Source of the DNA: the human T2T-CHM13v2.0 reference genome, Homo sapiens
Length of the DNA stretch: 64,000 bases
Reading direction: 5' to 3' (one strand)
NCBI RefSeq assembly: GCF_009914755.1
Contig: NC_060937.1
A program made the position numbers and the translations under genes. Under the pieces are notes generated by a model. It was not told where the DNA came from. It did no database searches and saw only the letters and a program-made list of their open reading frames with translations. Positions 16,322 through 32,192 of this stretch are shown one piece after another (positions within the stretch are counted from its first letter, which is position 1; every line of letters starts with the position of its first letter).

Positions 16322-18073
16322 GTTTTTTTAATTTTTTTTAATTTCCAACTTTTATTTTAAGTTCAGGAGTACATGTGCAGGATGTGCATATTTGTTACAT
16401 AGGTAGGCATTTGCCATGGTGGTTTGCTGCACAGATAATCCCATCACCCAAGTATTAAGCCCAGAATACATTAACTATTCTTCCTGATTCTCTCTCTCCT
16501 CCCACCCCCTACCCTCTGGCAGACCCCAGTGTGTGTTTTCTCCCCAATGTGTATGTGTTCTCATCATTCAGCTCTCACTTATAAGTGAGAACCTGCAGTT
16601 TTTGGGTTTTTGTTTCTGCATTAGTTTGCTAAGGATAAAGGCCTGCAGCTCCATCCATGTTCCCACAAAGGACATGATCTCATTCCTTTTAATGGCTGCA
16701 TGGTATTCCATAGTGTATATGTACCACATTTTCTTTATCCACTCTATCACTGATGGGTGTTTGGGTTGATTCCATGTTTTTGCTATTTTGAGTAGTGCTG
16801 TAATGAACATATGTGTGTATGTTTCTTTATAATAGAATAATTTGTATTCCTTTGGGTATATACCCAGTAATAGGATTGCTAGGCTAAAAAACTTCTTTTG
16901 CTGCTCAGAAACTCTCTAGTTTAATTAGATCCCACTTATCAGTTTTTGCTTTTGTTGCAATTGCTTTTGCCATAATTGCTTTTAGTGTCCTTATCATAAA
17001 ATCTTTGCCCATGCCTATGTCCCAAATGGTACTGCCTAGATTTTCTTCTAGAGTTTTTATAGTTTTGAGTTTTACATCTCTTTAATCCATCTTGAGTTGA
17101 TTTTTGCATATGGTGTAAGGAAAGGGTCTATTTTCAATTTTTGGCATATGGCTAACCAGTTCTCCCAGCACCATTTATTAAATAGAGAATCCTTTCCCCA
17201 TTGTTTGTGTTTGTAAGGTTTATCGAAGATTAGATGCTTTGAGGTGTGCAGTCTTATTTCTAGGCTCTCTATTCTGTTGCATCAGTCTATGTGTCTGTTC
17301 TTGTATCAGTACTATGCTGTTTTGGTTACTGGAGCCCTGTAGTATAGTTTGAAATTAGGTAGTATGATGCCTCCAGATTTGTTCTTTTTGTTCAGTATTG
17401 CCTTGACAATTCAGGTTCTTTTTTCTTTTTTGGTTCTGTATGAATTTTAAAATAGTTTTTTTTGTAAATTCTGTGAAGAATGTCAGTGGTAGCTTAAGGG
17501 GAATAGGACTGAACTGGTAAATTGCCTTGGGAAGTATGGCCATTTTTGCAATATTGATTCTTCCTGTCCATGAGCATGGAATGTTTTTTTCATCTGTTTG
17601 TGTCATCTCTGATTTCTTTGAGCAGTGGTTTGTAGTTCTCCTTGAAGAGGTCCTTCACTTCCCTTGTTAGCTGTATTCCTAGGTATTTTATTCTTTTTGT
17701 GGGAATTGTGAATGGGAGTTCATTTGTGGTTTGGCTCTTGGTTTGCCTGTTGTTGACGTATAGAGATGCTAGCAATTTTTGCACATTGATTTTTGTATCA
17801 TGAGACTTTAGTGAAATAGCTTATCAGCATAAAAAGCTTTTGGGCTGAGATGAGGGGGTTTTCTAGATATAGGATCGTGTTATCTGCAAACAAAGACAGT
17901 TTGACTTCTTTTCTTCCAATTTGAATACCTTTATTTTTTCTCTTGTCTGATTGCCCTGGCCAGAACTTCCAATACCATGGTGAATAGGTGTAGTGAGAGA
18001 GGCAACCTTGTCTTTGCTGGTTTTCAAGGGAAATGCTTCCAGTTTTTGCCCATTTGGCATGATATTGGCTGTG
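16322..18073 (-). mobile_element. 5'-truncated older L1 (about L1PA13-like) with an internal deletion
   Basis: 3' UTR plus ORF2 fragments ([23 protein letters not shown]). The sequence jumps ~430 bp of consensus at ~16885. Confidence 0.9.
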
Positions 18074-18535
18074 ATTTAATAAACGATTATACATATAGAA
18101 ATCTAATATAAGTTACAACTTTGATATGTTTTGTTCCAACAATAAACTTGTCTCCTAAATTAATACTAATTTTCAGCTTTTTTTCCCCTAAAGTAAATGA
18201 CGTTTTCTTAACTCTTTTTTTTCTATCCTCCATATTTTCTGACTTTTTTTCTTCCAGCTCTCTTTAATCATATCCAATTAGTTGCCTATTTTCTAGGAAC
18301 TCTTCAAAATTTCTAGTCTACTGATGGTGAATTGTCTATGCTAATGTTGTTTTAGAATTTTTCTTTTAAAATATGTTATTAATTATTTATTTTATAGATC
18401 ATTGATTTTGTTTTTATTTTAGAAATTGCTGAGGTTGGCCAAGAGGAAATAATTATAATCACATATGACTAAAAACAAACAAACAAATAAATAAATAAAA
18501 CTCTAGAGAGATTTACTACTCTTAACTAAAGGATG

Positions 18536-18864
<329 letters not shown>

Positions 18865-19189
18865 TAGGCTCAACAAAGGTAGTTTCTTGTTCCTCTTTAT
18901 TTTAGATGATCAGTGAGTGCTTTCTCAATACATTTTTTTGTTTGTTTGCTATTTGTTTTATAGCCACTGAGTCATCTGTTGAATGCCACCTGGAAGGTAA
19001 CTATACTACTGCCTTAGCAATGGATGTTTTAATGCCAAGGTAAGATGCAAATATTTACTTGCTTTGAAGACTCCAATTATATCCTTGTTTTAATCTGATT
19101 TACAGATTCTAACAAACTTGAAGATTTCTGTGTTAAATATTGTTCAGTACTTAGCAATACACCAACCTTCTTAAGCTCTTTCTTGATAC

Positions 19190-19350
19190 ACAAATGATAG
19201 AAAGCTAAAAATTACATTTACAGATGAGTAAACTGAAGCTGTAGAAGATAACTATTCCACTGATGACCACACAGCTAGTGAACAGAGCCAGGACTGAGTA
19301 CCAACCCCAAAAGTCCCATGGCACCTGAATGACTAAGCACTGTGCCACTG
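19190..19350 (-). mobile_element. MIR remnant
   Basis: Core catttacagatgagtaaactgaagct...cacacagctagtga. Confidence 0.65.
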
Positions 19351-21451
19351 TCTTGATGAGGTGGCCCCTGAACAGCAATGAAGCTTAATGGGCCCTAGCA
19401 GCTAAGCAATGACAGTCCCAAGCAATTGGTGACCAAACTTGCTATAGACAGTTGTCAACTGGCTTGTCAACATAATTTAATTCTCATTTCTCCAAGGAGA
19501 GGCACTTGCTCAAGATCAGGAGGTCATAACAGAAAACAAACCTAGGATACTCATGCCGTGGTAGCAGATGCTGGCTGAGGGCAAATATAAGGTTAACAGA
19601 AGTTTCTGGACAAGCTTACAAATCTATGCCTCAATGTTACTGGCAACTGAGGGAAACACAATTGGCTTCCTTCAATGTTTGCAGAGCCAGAAATAGTTCT
19701 CCCTGACTTCTCTTCCCAAGACTTTTCAACTGTTTTGTAAACATATATTTTTTTTGCTAAGTTTTTTTCCTGGAAAATATCTAGAGAAGTTTCTGTTTTC
19801 AGAAAGGCTGACTGTAATGATCTCTTAAACTTATCCTGAGCTAACTATGTATTGGTTAACCCAAGCACAAAAGGGAGGAATTTAGCCTCAAAGCCTAGAA
19901 GGCTTTGACTTCACAATAATGGTAAAATAAGACGAATGACCTCACAATAACTGTAAAATAAGAATTAAACAGATATTGGTTGGAGTCCTGGATGGAGAGA
20001 AAAAAGAAGAAAAAAATCCAGATTTGGCTTCTATAAATTGCAACATTCAATTGCTTCATAAATGAACATCGAGCAATTCTTTGCCCTGTGCAGAAAATAA
20101 ATGGATCTTGATGAATAACTGTCTTATAATTATCTAAATCAGAAGGCAACTCTGGTTGTTGTTCAAAATGAGAAAAATATTAATTCAGTCCTAATATGTG
20201 GCATGAGCCTGTTCGCCAGAATTTGCTTTTATTCCCTCTCTACACCAGTTGTAAGGACTGCTAAAAGTTTGAGTGTTACCTTGCAGTGCTAAAAGTACAA
20301 CTTAACATTGTTGTCTCAGGGTTACATAAACTTTTACTCTCTGCCAAGAGATGCTTTGAGTGTGCTCCTCAAACCCACTTATGAAGTATGTCATCAGTTT
20401 TAAGTAAGGATGAGAATAAAAGAAGGTTCAGCACCAAGTCTAGACTTCAGTGAAAGTTGTCTTCCACTTGGGAATTAATATCCAACATATCCAGTGATAT
20501 GCCAAGTTACTGTGGCAAATATAGATGATGTATTGAGCCTACGGAAATCAATAGGAGAATAATAGCATAGGCATCTAGAGTTTGGGAGCAAGTTCATATC
20601 TTCTTTAGAAGATAACTATTCTTTTGAGACACAGCTTTCAGCTTTTAGTCAACACTCACTCATCAAGGCTGAGAGTATATTCAATGATATTCAAAATTTC
20701 TGTGAAAAATATAACTGCTGTATGAAGCCCCTGAAGGTCCCCTGTAAAGTGTAAAAACACAGACTTCTATGCTTTGAGGCTAAATTCTTTTCTTTTGCTG
20801 ATAAACATTGCCTTTTTGAGAAATATCCCTGGGCTTCTATTCAACCTTGGTAGCCACTCTAACAATAGGAAATTAGATAATCGTGTACACTAAGATGTTT
20901 ATCACAAATTGCCTGTATCTTTTCCACAATCTATATGCTTGTACTTATGGAGAAGCAATCAGTCATCTAGTGAAAATGGGAGATAAAAGATCAGTTTGGA
21001 AGGTGCATGAATGCTTCAAGAGCTGGTGGCTCAAATTACATCAATACTAATCCCTGAGACATTGTCTATCTTCCCTAATCCAGCCCCGTGGTCTCATGGA
21101 TAGTTGCTTATGTCCCATTGACTGAGGATGAAAATGAATGTTCCTGGTTTATAGAAAATCTACATCAAATGCCAGTTATGAATAAAAGTGAATACAGCAG
21201 ACATACATCCTAATCCAGAAATGGCTCTGAAGGATCGCAGGACAGAAAGATACGTCTTTCTAGTAGAAATTCAAGTAGTATATCTGGTTTCCACTTAGTT
21301 TGAACTGAGAAATTGCTGTGAATAAAGAAAGAAATTGATTCATGGGCAGTTTCATTTGTATACTAACCAAAGATCACCTTCTACAGAAGGGTCTTTCACT
21401 AATCAAGTGGACCAAATGACATATATTGTGCATATAATTCAGTCCCTCTCT

Positions 21452-21774
21452 TTTCCTTTTTTTTTTTTTTTTGATATAGGGTCTTGCTCTGTCATCTATG
21501 CTAGAGTGCAGTGGTGCAATCATTGCTCACTGTAGACTTGACCTCCCAGGCTCAAGTGATCCTCCTACCTAAGCCTCTCAAGTATCTGGGACCACAGGCA
21601 CACATCACCATGCCTGGCTGTTTTTTTTTTTTTTTAATTATTATTATTTGTAGAGACAGGGTGTCGCTATGTTGTCCAGGCTAGTCTTGAACTCCTAGGT
21701 TCAACTGATCCACTCACCTTGGCCTTCAAAGCGTTGGGATTATGAGATTATAGGCATGAGCCACCGCACTGGCC
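21452..21774 (-). mobile_element. Alu, AluJ-like
   Basis: Diverged dimer (cattgctcactgtagacttgacctcccaggctcaagtgatcc). tcagtc...ctctttt occurs on both flanks. Confidence 0.93.
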
Positions 21775-22330
21775 TCAGTCTCTTTTAAAAGCCACCCTGT
21801 GCCTCTGCAACAAATCTATGTAAAAAATATTCATGACAATAGTGATGTAAGTACAGAATTTACCCTCACCAAGCTTACCTGGTTTTTGCCATATCAAGTA
21901 TCTAATCTGTCAACAGTAGAGAAAAACAACTTTTTCTATGTGGAACCATTTTTTGATGGTAGACTGGATGCATTAGAACAACTATATCATGTAAGATACA
22001 GTTATTTATTCTCACAGAAACAGAAATATATTGTGGATATGGACTTACCTTTCCTGCCCATACACTTTGAAGCCTGTTATCCATGAATTTATTAACTGCC
22101 TAATTCACCATCATGGTATTGTACACACAATTGATTTTGATAAAGAAACAGATTTTACAGCATATATAGTAAAGCAATGGGCTCTGGTCCATAAAATTCA
22201 TAGGCCTTACCGAATGCCCCATTAGCCGTAAGCAACTGGTTTGTTGGAATAAGCACATGTCTTTTGAAGACTCAAACAATGCATGTCAGTTGAGAGAAAA
22301 GATCCTTGAAGCATAGTGTTTTATCATATT

Positions 22331-23313
22331 CTAGGAGTCAATGGCTTGGCCCTCTGAAGGTCTGCTGAAAAATAAATGTGCAAAAGGCTGATTAGTTGGA
22401 GGAAAGGCATGAAAATTTACTTAACCTGTATACATGGGAATTTTCAGAATAAAGACCCAAAGAGACAGGGAAAACTGTCTATTTTTATAACGAGGTTCAA
22501 TAAAGTATGGCCAACCATGTAGAAATATGACTGGACAGGGCGGAGCATGGTGGCTCATGCCTGTAATCCCAGCAATTTGGGAGGCCAAGCCAGCGGATCA
22601 CGAGGTCAGGAGATCGAGACCATCTTGGTTAACACGGTGAAACCCGGGCTAACACGGTGAAACCCGGTCTCTACTAAAAATACAGAAAATTAGCCAGTCG
22701 TGGTGGCGGGCACCTGTAGTCCCAGCTACTCAGGAGGCTGAGGCAGGAGGATGGCATGAACCCAGGAGGCGGAGCTTGCAGTGAGCCGAGATCGTGCCAC
22801 TGCACTCCAGCCTGGGCGACAGAGCGAGACTCTGTCTCAAAATAAAAAAGAAAAGAAAAGAAATATGACTGGACAGAAAGTGTATTGTCTAATGCTAATA
22901 GATTGAGTGCGGGAAACCCAGAAGGTCCTATCTGTCTAGATTCTTCTTGGCATCTCTGAGGTGTGGAGCAGAACCCTCTCTGGAATGGGGGTCTGGGTAT
23001 GGGCAGGACTGTCTCTGGAATACGAGTCTTACAACTTATAGTCAAGCAAGATAGGTCAGATGATTTCTTTATGGTCAGCTTTTACACAAAAAAAGGTGGT
23101 GAGAAAGTGAGAGTAATATTTTTAGGTTTTGTGGCTAGTTTGGGGTAAAAGGAGTTCTTGTTTCTATGACCCACCTTAGGGAAAAGGCGTTCTAGTTTCT
23201 CTGGCTAGCCTTTAGAAGAGAATGAAACAGAGACGGGAGGGCGGGAGAAAGTCGAAGAAAAACTTTTGGTTCTGAGGTCTTCATTTTAGGCTATTATTTT
23301 CTAAGCCCCAACA
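22331..23313 (-). mobile_element. ERV1 (MER4-group, MER39-like) solo LTR containing an AluY
   Basis: The minus strand starts TGTTGGGGCTTAGAAAATAATAGCCTAAAATGAAGACCTCAGAA and ends ...GACCTTCAGAGGGCCAAG. About 650 bp without the Alu. Confidence 0.75.
22539..22858 (+). mobile_element. AluY with an internal 20-bp tandem duplication
   Basis: AluY diagnostics (gagatcgagaccatc, ggcggagcttgcagtgagc). Perfect 18-bp TSD agaaatatgactggacag at 22521-22538 and 22859-22876. Confidence 0.97.
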
Positions 23314-23564
23314 ACACAAACTGAAGTATATCCTTTGAATTAGCAACCGATATATGGTGCAGACTGTAACCATCTGGCAATGAAGTAGTAAAAGTGGTAT
23401 TAGTAGTTTCTGTCATGATTACACATAATGTCTCACTCCATTTTTTCCCCTTCATTCCACAAGTTTCAGCTCTGCTGGGGTGGAGATTTTGGTTCCTAAG
23501 AGGACTGTTTTCAGGAAGAAATTCCACTGAATTGGAAATTGAGCTTGCCATTCAGTCATTAGTT

Positions 23565-23733
23565 TGCTTTTGTTGTTGTTGCTTGCTTGCTTTCTCCTTT
23601 TTTCTTTCTTTCTTTCTTTTCTTTCTTTCTTTTTCTTTCTTTCTTTCTTTCTTCTTTCTTTCTTTCTCTTTCTCTTTCTTTCTCTCTTTCTTTTTCTTTT
23701 CTTTTCTTTTTTCTTTTCTTTCTTTTCTTTCTT

Positions 23734-23797
<64 letters not shown>

Positions 23798-23830
23798 TCC
23801 TTTTCTCTCTTTCTCTCATTCTTTCTCTCT
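23565..23830. repeat. Long compound polypyrimidine repeat, (TTG)(TTGC)(TTTC/TC)n
   Basis: About 240 nt of almost pure C/T, including a perfect (TTTC)n run. Confidence 0.97.
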
Positions 23831-24544
23831 GTGATATTAAACCAGCAAACAAAAATGAGGGTTACTTGATTGTCTGTGTGACTGATTAAGATTACAAGGA
23901 GAATAGCATTGCTATTATTTAATAGGGGGTCTAGGAAGATTATGTCTAGAATCTCCGCAGGATGCCTCTTAGTACTTTACTGTTGAATAGTAAAAGTTAA
24001 TATAAAATTACAGCAAACAAACAAAAAAAGAGCCATTATGGATTCAGTGTCTTCAGGAATGAAGATTTTTGTCCTTCTAGCAGGTAAAGACCTAGCCCTG
24101 CTGAGCTCTAATCTAAGAACAAAGGACATAAAACATTGACTCTGTAATGGCAGATAAAGCATGGATTCATGAACACATTCAAGGAGAATTATACCACTTA
24201 TGTATATCTTCCCTTGCTTGTTATATGTGTGTTTATGTACATCTGTTTTTATTATATATTTTTTCTTTTTGTCTTTCCCTAATTATTTTATAAAAGGATT
24301 GTTAGTGGCTATTTTATAATTTAGTCTGCAGGTAAAAGATATTCAGAAGAGACTGTGAATTAGTGGGACAAACAGTTAACCTAGTCCAGAGATGGATACT
24401 GTAACTGTCTTCCAGACATGGATCTACTGAGTGAATATGGAAACTTTGTATAATTTCCTGAGAAGTGGAAGAGTAATTTTGTTTGTACAAAGAAAAATTG
24501 CCTCTTATTAGGAAAAATCATAGGTTGCTTTTATTATTACAGTA

Positions 24545-25472
24545 TGTGTGGATTCTGTACTAGACAATTACCTATTGGCTTTTACCTTTAAATTTACCCT
24601 GTTGTAGTCTAGCTGTGCTAGTGATGGGATTTTGCGAACCACATTTACACTTTATCAGCTGGATCTTGTTTAGACTCTGCCAATACAGGATTTTAGAGAA
24701 AGAAAGAAAGGATAGAAGTGGAAGAGGGGACTTGATTCGTACTTTTTATTTTCTATTCCTGTTAGACTCACCCTTGCAATGGTTCTCACCTTGGCAATGA
24801 CAGTTGTTGCAAGTAAAAGCAGTCAATTTCAGCTTTCAGGCAGAAACAGCCTCACTGCATCTCCTCAGAGACACCAGAATAGCTGGCTGACCCTTCATCG
24901 CTGAGGTCTAACTCTCTGCTCCATGAGGCCACTTCTCAATTATAAGAATTTTATAGATTTCCCGTCGTTTACTCATAGGGCTTGTGGCTGTTCACTGCAA
25001 TTATTAGTTCTACAAAACCTCACTTTTATCCCAGGTATTTTTTAAATTGTCCATGCCTGATTAATGATTTTTATATCAAGTTATCTCCTGTTAAAATAAT
25101 TCATATGGCTGGATGTGGTGGCTCACACCTGTAATCTCAGCAGTTTGGGAGGCTGAGGCAGGCAGATCACTTGAGGTCAGGAGTTCAAGACCAGCCTGGC
25201 AAACATGATAAAACACCGTTTCTACTAAAAAATACAAAAATTAGCAGGCGTTGTGGTGCATGCTTGTAATCTCAGCTACTTGAGAAGTTGAGGCAGAAGG
25301 ATACCTTGAACCTGGTAGGTGGAGTTGTAGTGAGCCAAGATGGTGCTACTGCACTCCAGCCTGTGCGACAGAGCAGGACTCCATCTCAATAAAATAATTC
25401 ATATGATTTCTGCTTGTTGTCTGGACCCCAACTAATATAGACATTATGCTTGTCTGGACCCCAACTAATACA
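24545..25472 (+). mobile_element. Ancient ERVL LTR (LTR41/LTR33 class), probably the 3' LTR of the upstream ERVL; split by an Alu
   Basis: gaaccacattt...tagactctgccaatacagg motif and terminal ...ctggaccccaactaataca. Confidence 0.6.
25107..25389 (+). mobile_element. Alu, AluSx/Sz-like, with almost no tail
   Basis: Full dimer. Direct repeat taaaataattcatatg at 25092-25107 and 25390-25405, at a canonical TT/AAAA site. Confidence 0.95.
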
Positions 25473-25682
25473 GACATTATACGAAGTATTGCAAGTATAA
25501 TGATGAGATAAAGTTTCTACCTGTAGGATCACTATAAGGAAGGGAAGGGACAAGTAAACAGGGCACTATAATACAGCATGTTGTAAAAAAAGCTTTGTTT
25601 TTGAAAAGCCTCAGAAGTAATATAAAACCATATTGAAATACTTGCATTCCTCTCACTGTTATACTGTTTTCTCTACCTAGGA

Positions 25683-26130
25683 CATTCATTCATTCGTTCA
25701 TTCAACTAATATTTATTCAGCACTCAGTATTTATTTGCAGGATTTCTGGGGATAATTTTTTAGCCAGAAAACAAAAAATGAAAGAAAAGATATATTTCTG
25801 CTGCCATGTAGCTCATTATCTATAGCAGATGACTGATATTAAATAAAGAATGACAGCGATCTATAATTGCAAACTCCAAATCTACTAATGCTCTGAACAA
25901 AAACCATAGGGAGCTTGGGAAATATACTACAGATGAGTTTCATATATTCTGGAGGGTCAGAACAGAATGAAATTCCTTATGAAATGGCAAGTGAACTGAA
26001 ATTACAAGCTTTAAAGAAAGTTAATTATGAGAAAATATGTTTTAAAAAATATCCCAACCTTAGGGGAGCAGCTTGTACAAAAGCCCTGAGTTAAAAACAG
26101 ACACAACTAAGTGTAGGAAGTGAAAGCAAG
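25683..26130 (-). mobile_element. L2 3' end remnant
   Basis: cattcattcattcgttcattcaactaatatttattcagcact is the reverse complement of the L2 terminus. Confidence 0.65.
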
Positions 26131-26555
26131 GTATAAATACCCTATCTCTACACTTTCCTCTTTTCTTGCTCTCACTTAAGTATTACCTGTTTATTTATTT
26201 TTACCCTCAGTTTTATTGAGGTTTAACTGGCACACAAAAAGCTGAACATAATGAATGTATACTATTTAGAGAGTCTGAACACATATACACACTCATGTTA
26301 CTATCCCCATAATCAAGATAATAAATACATCCCTCAGGACCAAATAATTTTTTGTGTCTCTTTGGGTCTTTTCTGTTCTCATTGTTTCTGACTTTGTCTT
26401 GCTATGGTCAGAACACATAACATGAGGTCGATTCTTTTATTAAAAAATTAAGTGCACAGTAAATAATTGTTATCTATAGGCACTGTGCTGAACCACGGTT
26501 TTCTGGTAGTTAATTTGAATAACTGTTACTTTATATCTATTAAAAAGAAAACCCA

Positions 26556-26910
<355 letters not shown>

Positions 26911-26978
26911 CTATTTTCTCTAAGTCTGACTATTTTAGATGACTCATGTAAGTGGAACCATGCAACATTCATCTTTCT

Positions 26979-28959
<1,981 letters not shown>

Positions 28960-29519
28960 TGAATTATTTTCCCGCCTTGGCTATTATAAATAACGTCTCT
29001 ATGAAGAGGGGAGTGGAGATATGTATTTAAGATTTGTATTTCAATTATTTTGGATATATAGCAAGAGATGGGTTGCTGGATCATATGATAGTTCTATTTT
29101 TAATTTTTTTGAGGAACTTACATGCTGTTTGCCAAAGTAGCTGCACCATTTTATAGTCTTACCAACAGTGAACAAGGGTTCGAATTTCTTCATAACCTCC
29201 CCAACACTTATCTTTTTAAAAACTAATAACCATGCTAATAGTTGTGATGCAATATTTTGTGTGTTTTACATTTGCATTTCTCTGATGACTGGTGATATTA
29301 AACATTTTTTACATACCCGTTGGTCATTTGTAAATTTTCTTTGAAGATCCTTTGCCCATAATTTTTTTTTCTATTTGGGGTCCTATGCTAACTTTTAAGC
29401 AGGTTATTTGTAATTTTGCTATTGAATTGCAATAGTTCATTACATATTTTGGAAATTAGCCCCTTACCAAATATACATTTTGAAGAGATTTTCTCCCATT
29501 TCATAGGTTGCCTATAACC

Positions 29520-31255
29520 AAAAGGTCTCATATCAATATATCATTGCTAAATTTTCACAGAGATTAAAAAAATTCTAAAATTCATATGGAACCAAAAAGA
29601 CACCAATGATCAAAGCAATTTTGTAAAAAAACCCAAAACAATAAATGAGCAGAAAACAAAACTGGAGACATCATACTTCCTGATTTTGATACATCATAAA
29701 GCTATATTAATCAAAACAGTATGTGCTGCCATAAATGCAACAACATACAACAATAGAACATAAAGAAGAGCTCAGAAGTAAGCTCATGCATATATGGTTA
29801 ACTAATCTTTGACAAGGGTGTCAAAAACATACAATGGGGAAGAGACAGTCTCTTTAATAAATGATGTTTGGACAACTGGATATAAACACACAGAAGCATA
29901 AAATTAGATCTTTAACTCTCATCATGTACAAAAATCAACTCAAAGTATTTTAAACACAAATGTAAAACCTGAAATTATAAATCTCCTAGAAGAAAGCAGA
30001 GAGAAAAAAATCTCCTTGACATTGATATTACAATTTTTTTTTTGATATGACACCAACAGCAAAAGAGACAAAAACAAAAATATGTAAGCGAGACTACATG
30101 AAACCAAGAAGCTTCTGCCCTGCAAAGGAAACAATCAACAAAATAAGAAAGTAAACTATGGAATGGGAAAAAATGTTTGTAAACCATATATCTGATAAGA
30201 GGTTAGTATCTGAAATATATAAGTGACTCATACAGCTCAGTAGCAAAAAACAGGAAATCTGATTACAATATGGGCAAAGGACCTGATTAGGCATTTTCCC
30301 AAATAAGATATTCGAGTGGCCGACACATATGTGAAAAGGCGCTCCACATTACTAACCATTGAGATCATCAGTGAAACACAAATCAAAACCACAATGATAC
30401 ATCAACTCACATCTGTTAGGATGGCTATTATAAAAAAGACAAGACATAACAAAAGTTGATTAAGGATGTGGAGAAAAAAGAATTCTTGAGCACTATTGGT
30501 GGAAAGGTAAATTGGTACAGCTATTATAGAAAACAGTATAAAAGTCTTCAAATAATTAAAAGTAGAATTACATTAGATTCAGCAAGCTCACTACTGATTA
30601 TATAACTGAGGAAAATGAAATAAGTACCCTGGAGTGATATCTGCACTCCCATGTGCATTGCAGCATTATTCACAATAGGGAACAATGGAAAACAGAAACA
30701 ACCTGTCTATTTACAGATGAATGGAAAAAAATTGGTATATATGCACAATAAAATACTATTCAGCTTTAAAAAGAAAGTAAGTACTCAATTTGTGACAATA
30801 TGGATGAACCTGGATGGGTGTTATGCTAAGTGAAATAAGTCAGGCAGAGACTGGCAACTATTACGTGATATCTCTTATATGTGGATTTTTTTTTTAAAGA
30901 TCAATTAACAAAAACAAACTGTAGAATGGTGGTTTCCAGGGTCAGGGGAGTTGGAAAAATGGAAAGATGTTTGCCAAAAGGTACAAACTTTAAGTATAAG
31001 ACTAATAAGTTCTTATGATATAATGTACAACATGGTGATTGTAGCTAATGACATTGTCTTATATACTTGAAATTTGCTAACAAAGGAGATTTTAAGCATT
31101 CTCACCAAAAGAAGTATGTGAAATGATAGATGTGTTAACTAACTTGATTATGGTAATTATTTTACAGTGTATACATATGACAATTTATCATATTGTACAA
31201 TTCAGATATACATAATCTTATTAATTGTAACTCAATACATCTGGAGAAAAATATT
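29520..31255 (+). mobile_element. 5'-truncated L1MA-type element on the plus strand
   Basis: ORF2 3' part (aaattcatatggaaccaaaaagac...) through an L1MA-type 3' UTR ending ctcaatacatctggagaaaaa. Confidence 0.85.
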
Positions 31256-31787
31256 TAATATTAATCAAGTAAGTAAGAAGCCTTTGTGTGCAAAACAAAA
31301 AGTGAAAAGTTCTTGACTTCCTCCAACTAATGTCAACCATAAAACTACAATGGTAAATATGAAAGGCGTATCAAATAAATATATTTTTTGAATAAAAAAA
31401 CCAGTTGATTTTCCTGAACCAATGTCAATAATCTTTCCCCTTACATACACCTCTAACAGTTTTATTGTTTCAGATCTTAAATTTAAGTCTTTAGTTAGAG
31501 TTAATGTTTGTGCATGGTGTAACATAAGGGTTCAACTTCATGCTTTTGAATTTGGATGTCCAGTTTTTCTAGAACCATTTATTGAAGAGACATCACTTCT
31601 TCATTGTGTAGTCTTAGTACCCTTGTCGAAGTTCAGTTGACCACATATGTGTAGGTATAAAACCAGCATCACTTTGATCCCAAAGCCAGACAAAGACATC
31701 ACAAGAAAAGAAAAATACAAGCCAATATCTCTGATGAACATAGATGCAAAAATTCTCAACTGAGTATTAGCAAATCAAATTCAATAG

Positions 31788-32192
<405 letters not shown>

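Larger units (their letters stand above)
20200..24200 (+). mobile_element. Degraded ERVL-class internal region (RT - RNase H - integrase - dUTPase-like), interrupted by AluJ, an ERV1 LTR/AluY and a pyrimidine repeat
   Basis: RT motif remnant ttgtctcagggttacataaac (LSQGYIN, ~20311). ORF 22031-22225 CLIHHHGIVHTIDFDKETDFTAYIVKQWA resembles ERVL integrase (CLIHRHGIPHSIASDQGTHFTAKEVxQW). Post-integrase ERVL-like sequence at 23330-24150. Confidence 0.75.

Noticed and set aside
23394-23889. Four overlapping 97-146 aa ORFs (F/L/S-rich or K/E/R-rich)
   Set aside because: Translations of the (TTTC)n repeat, which lacks stop codons. Not genes.
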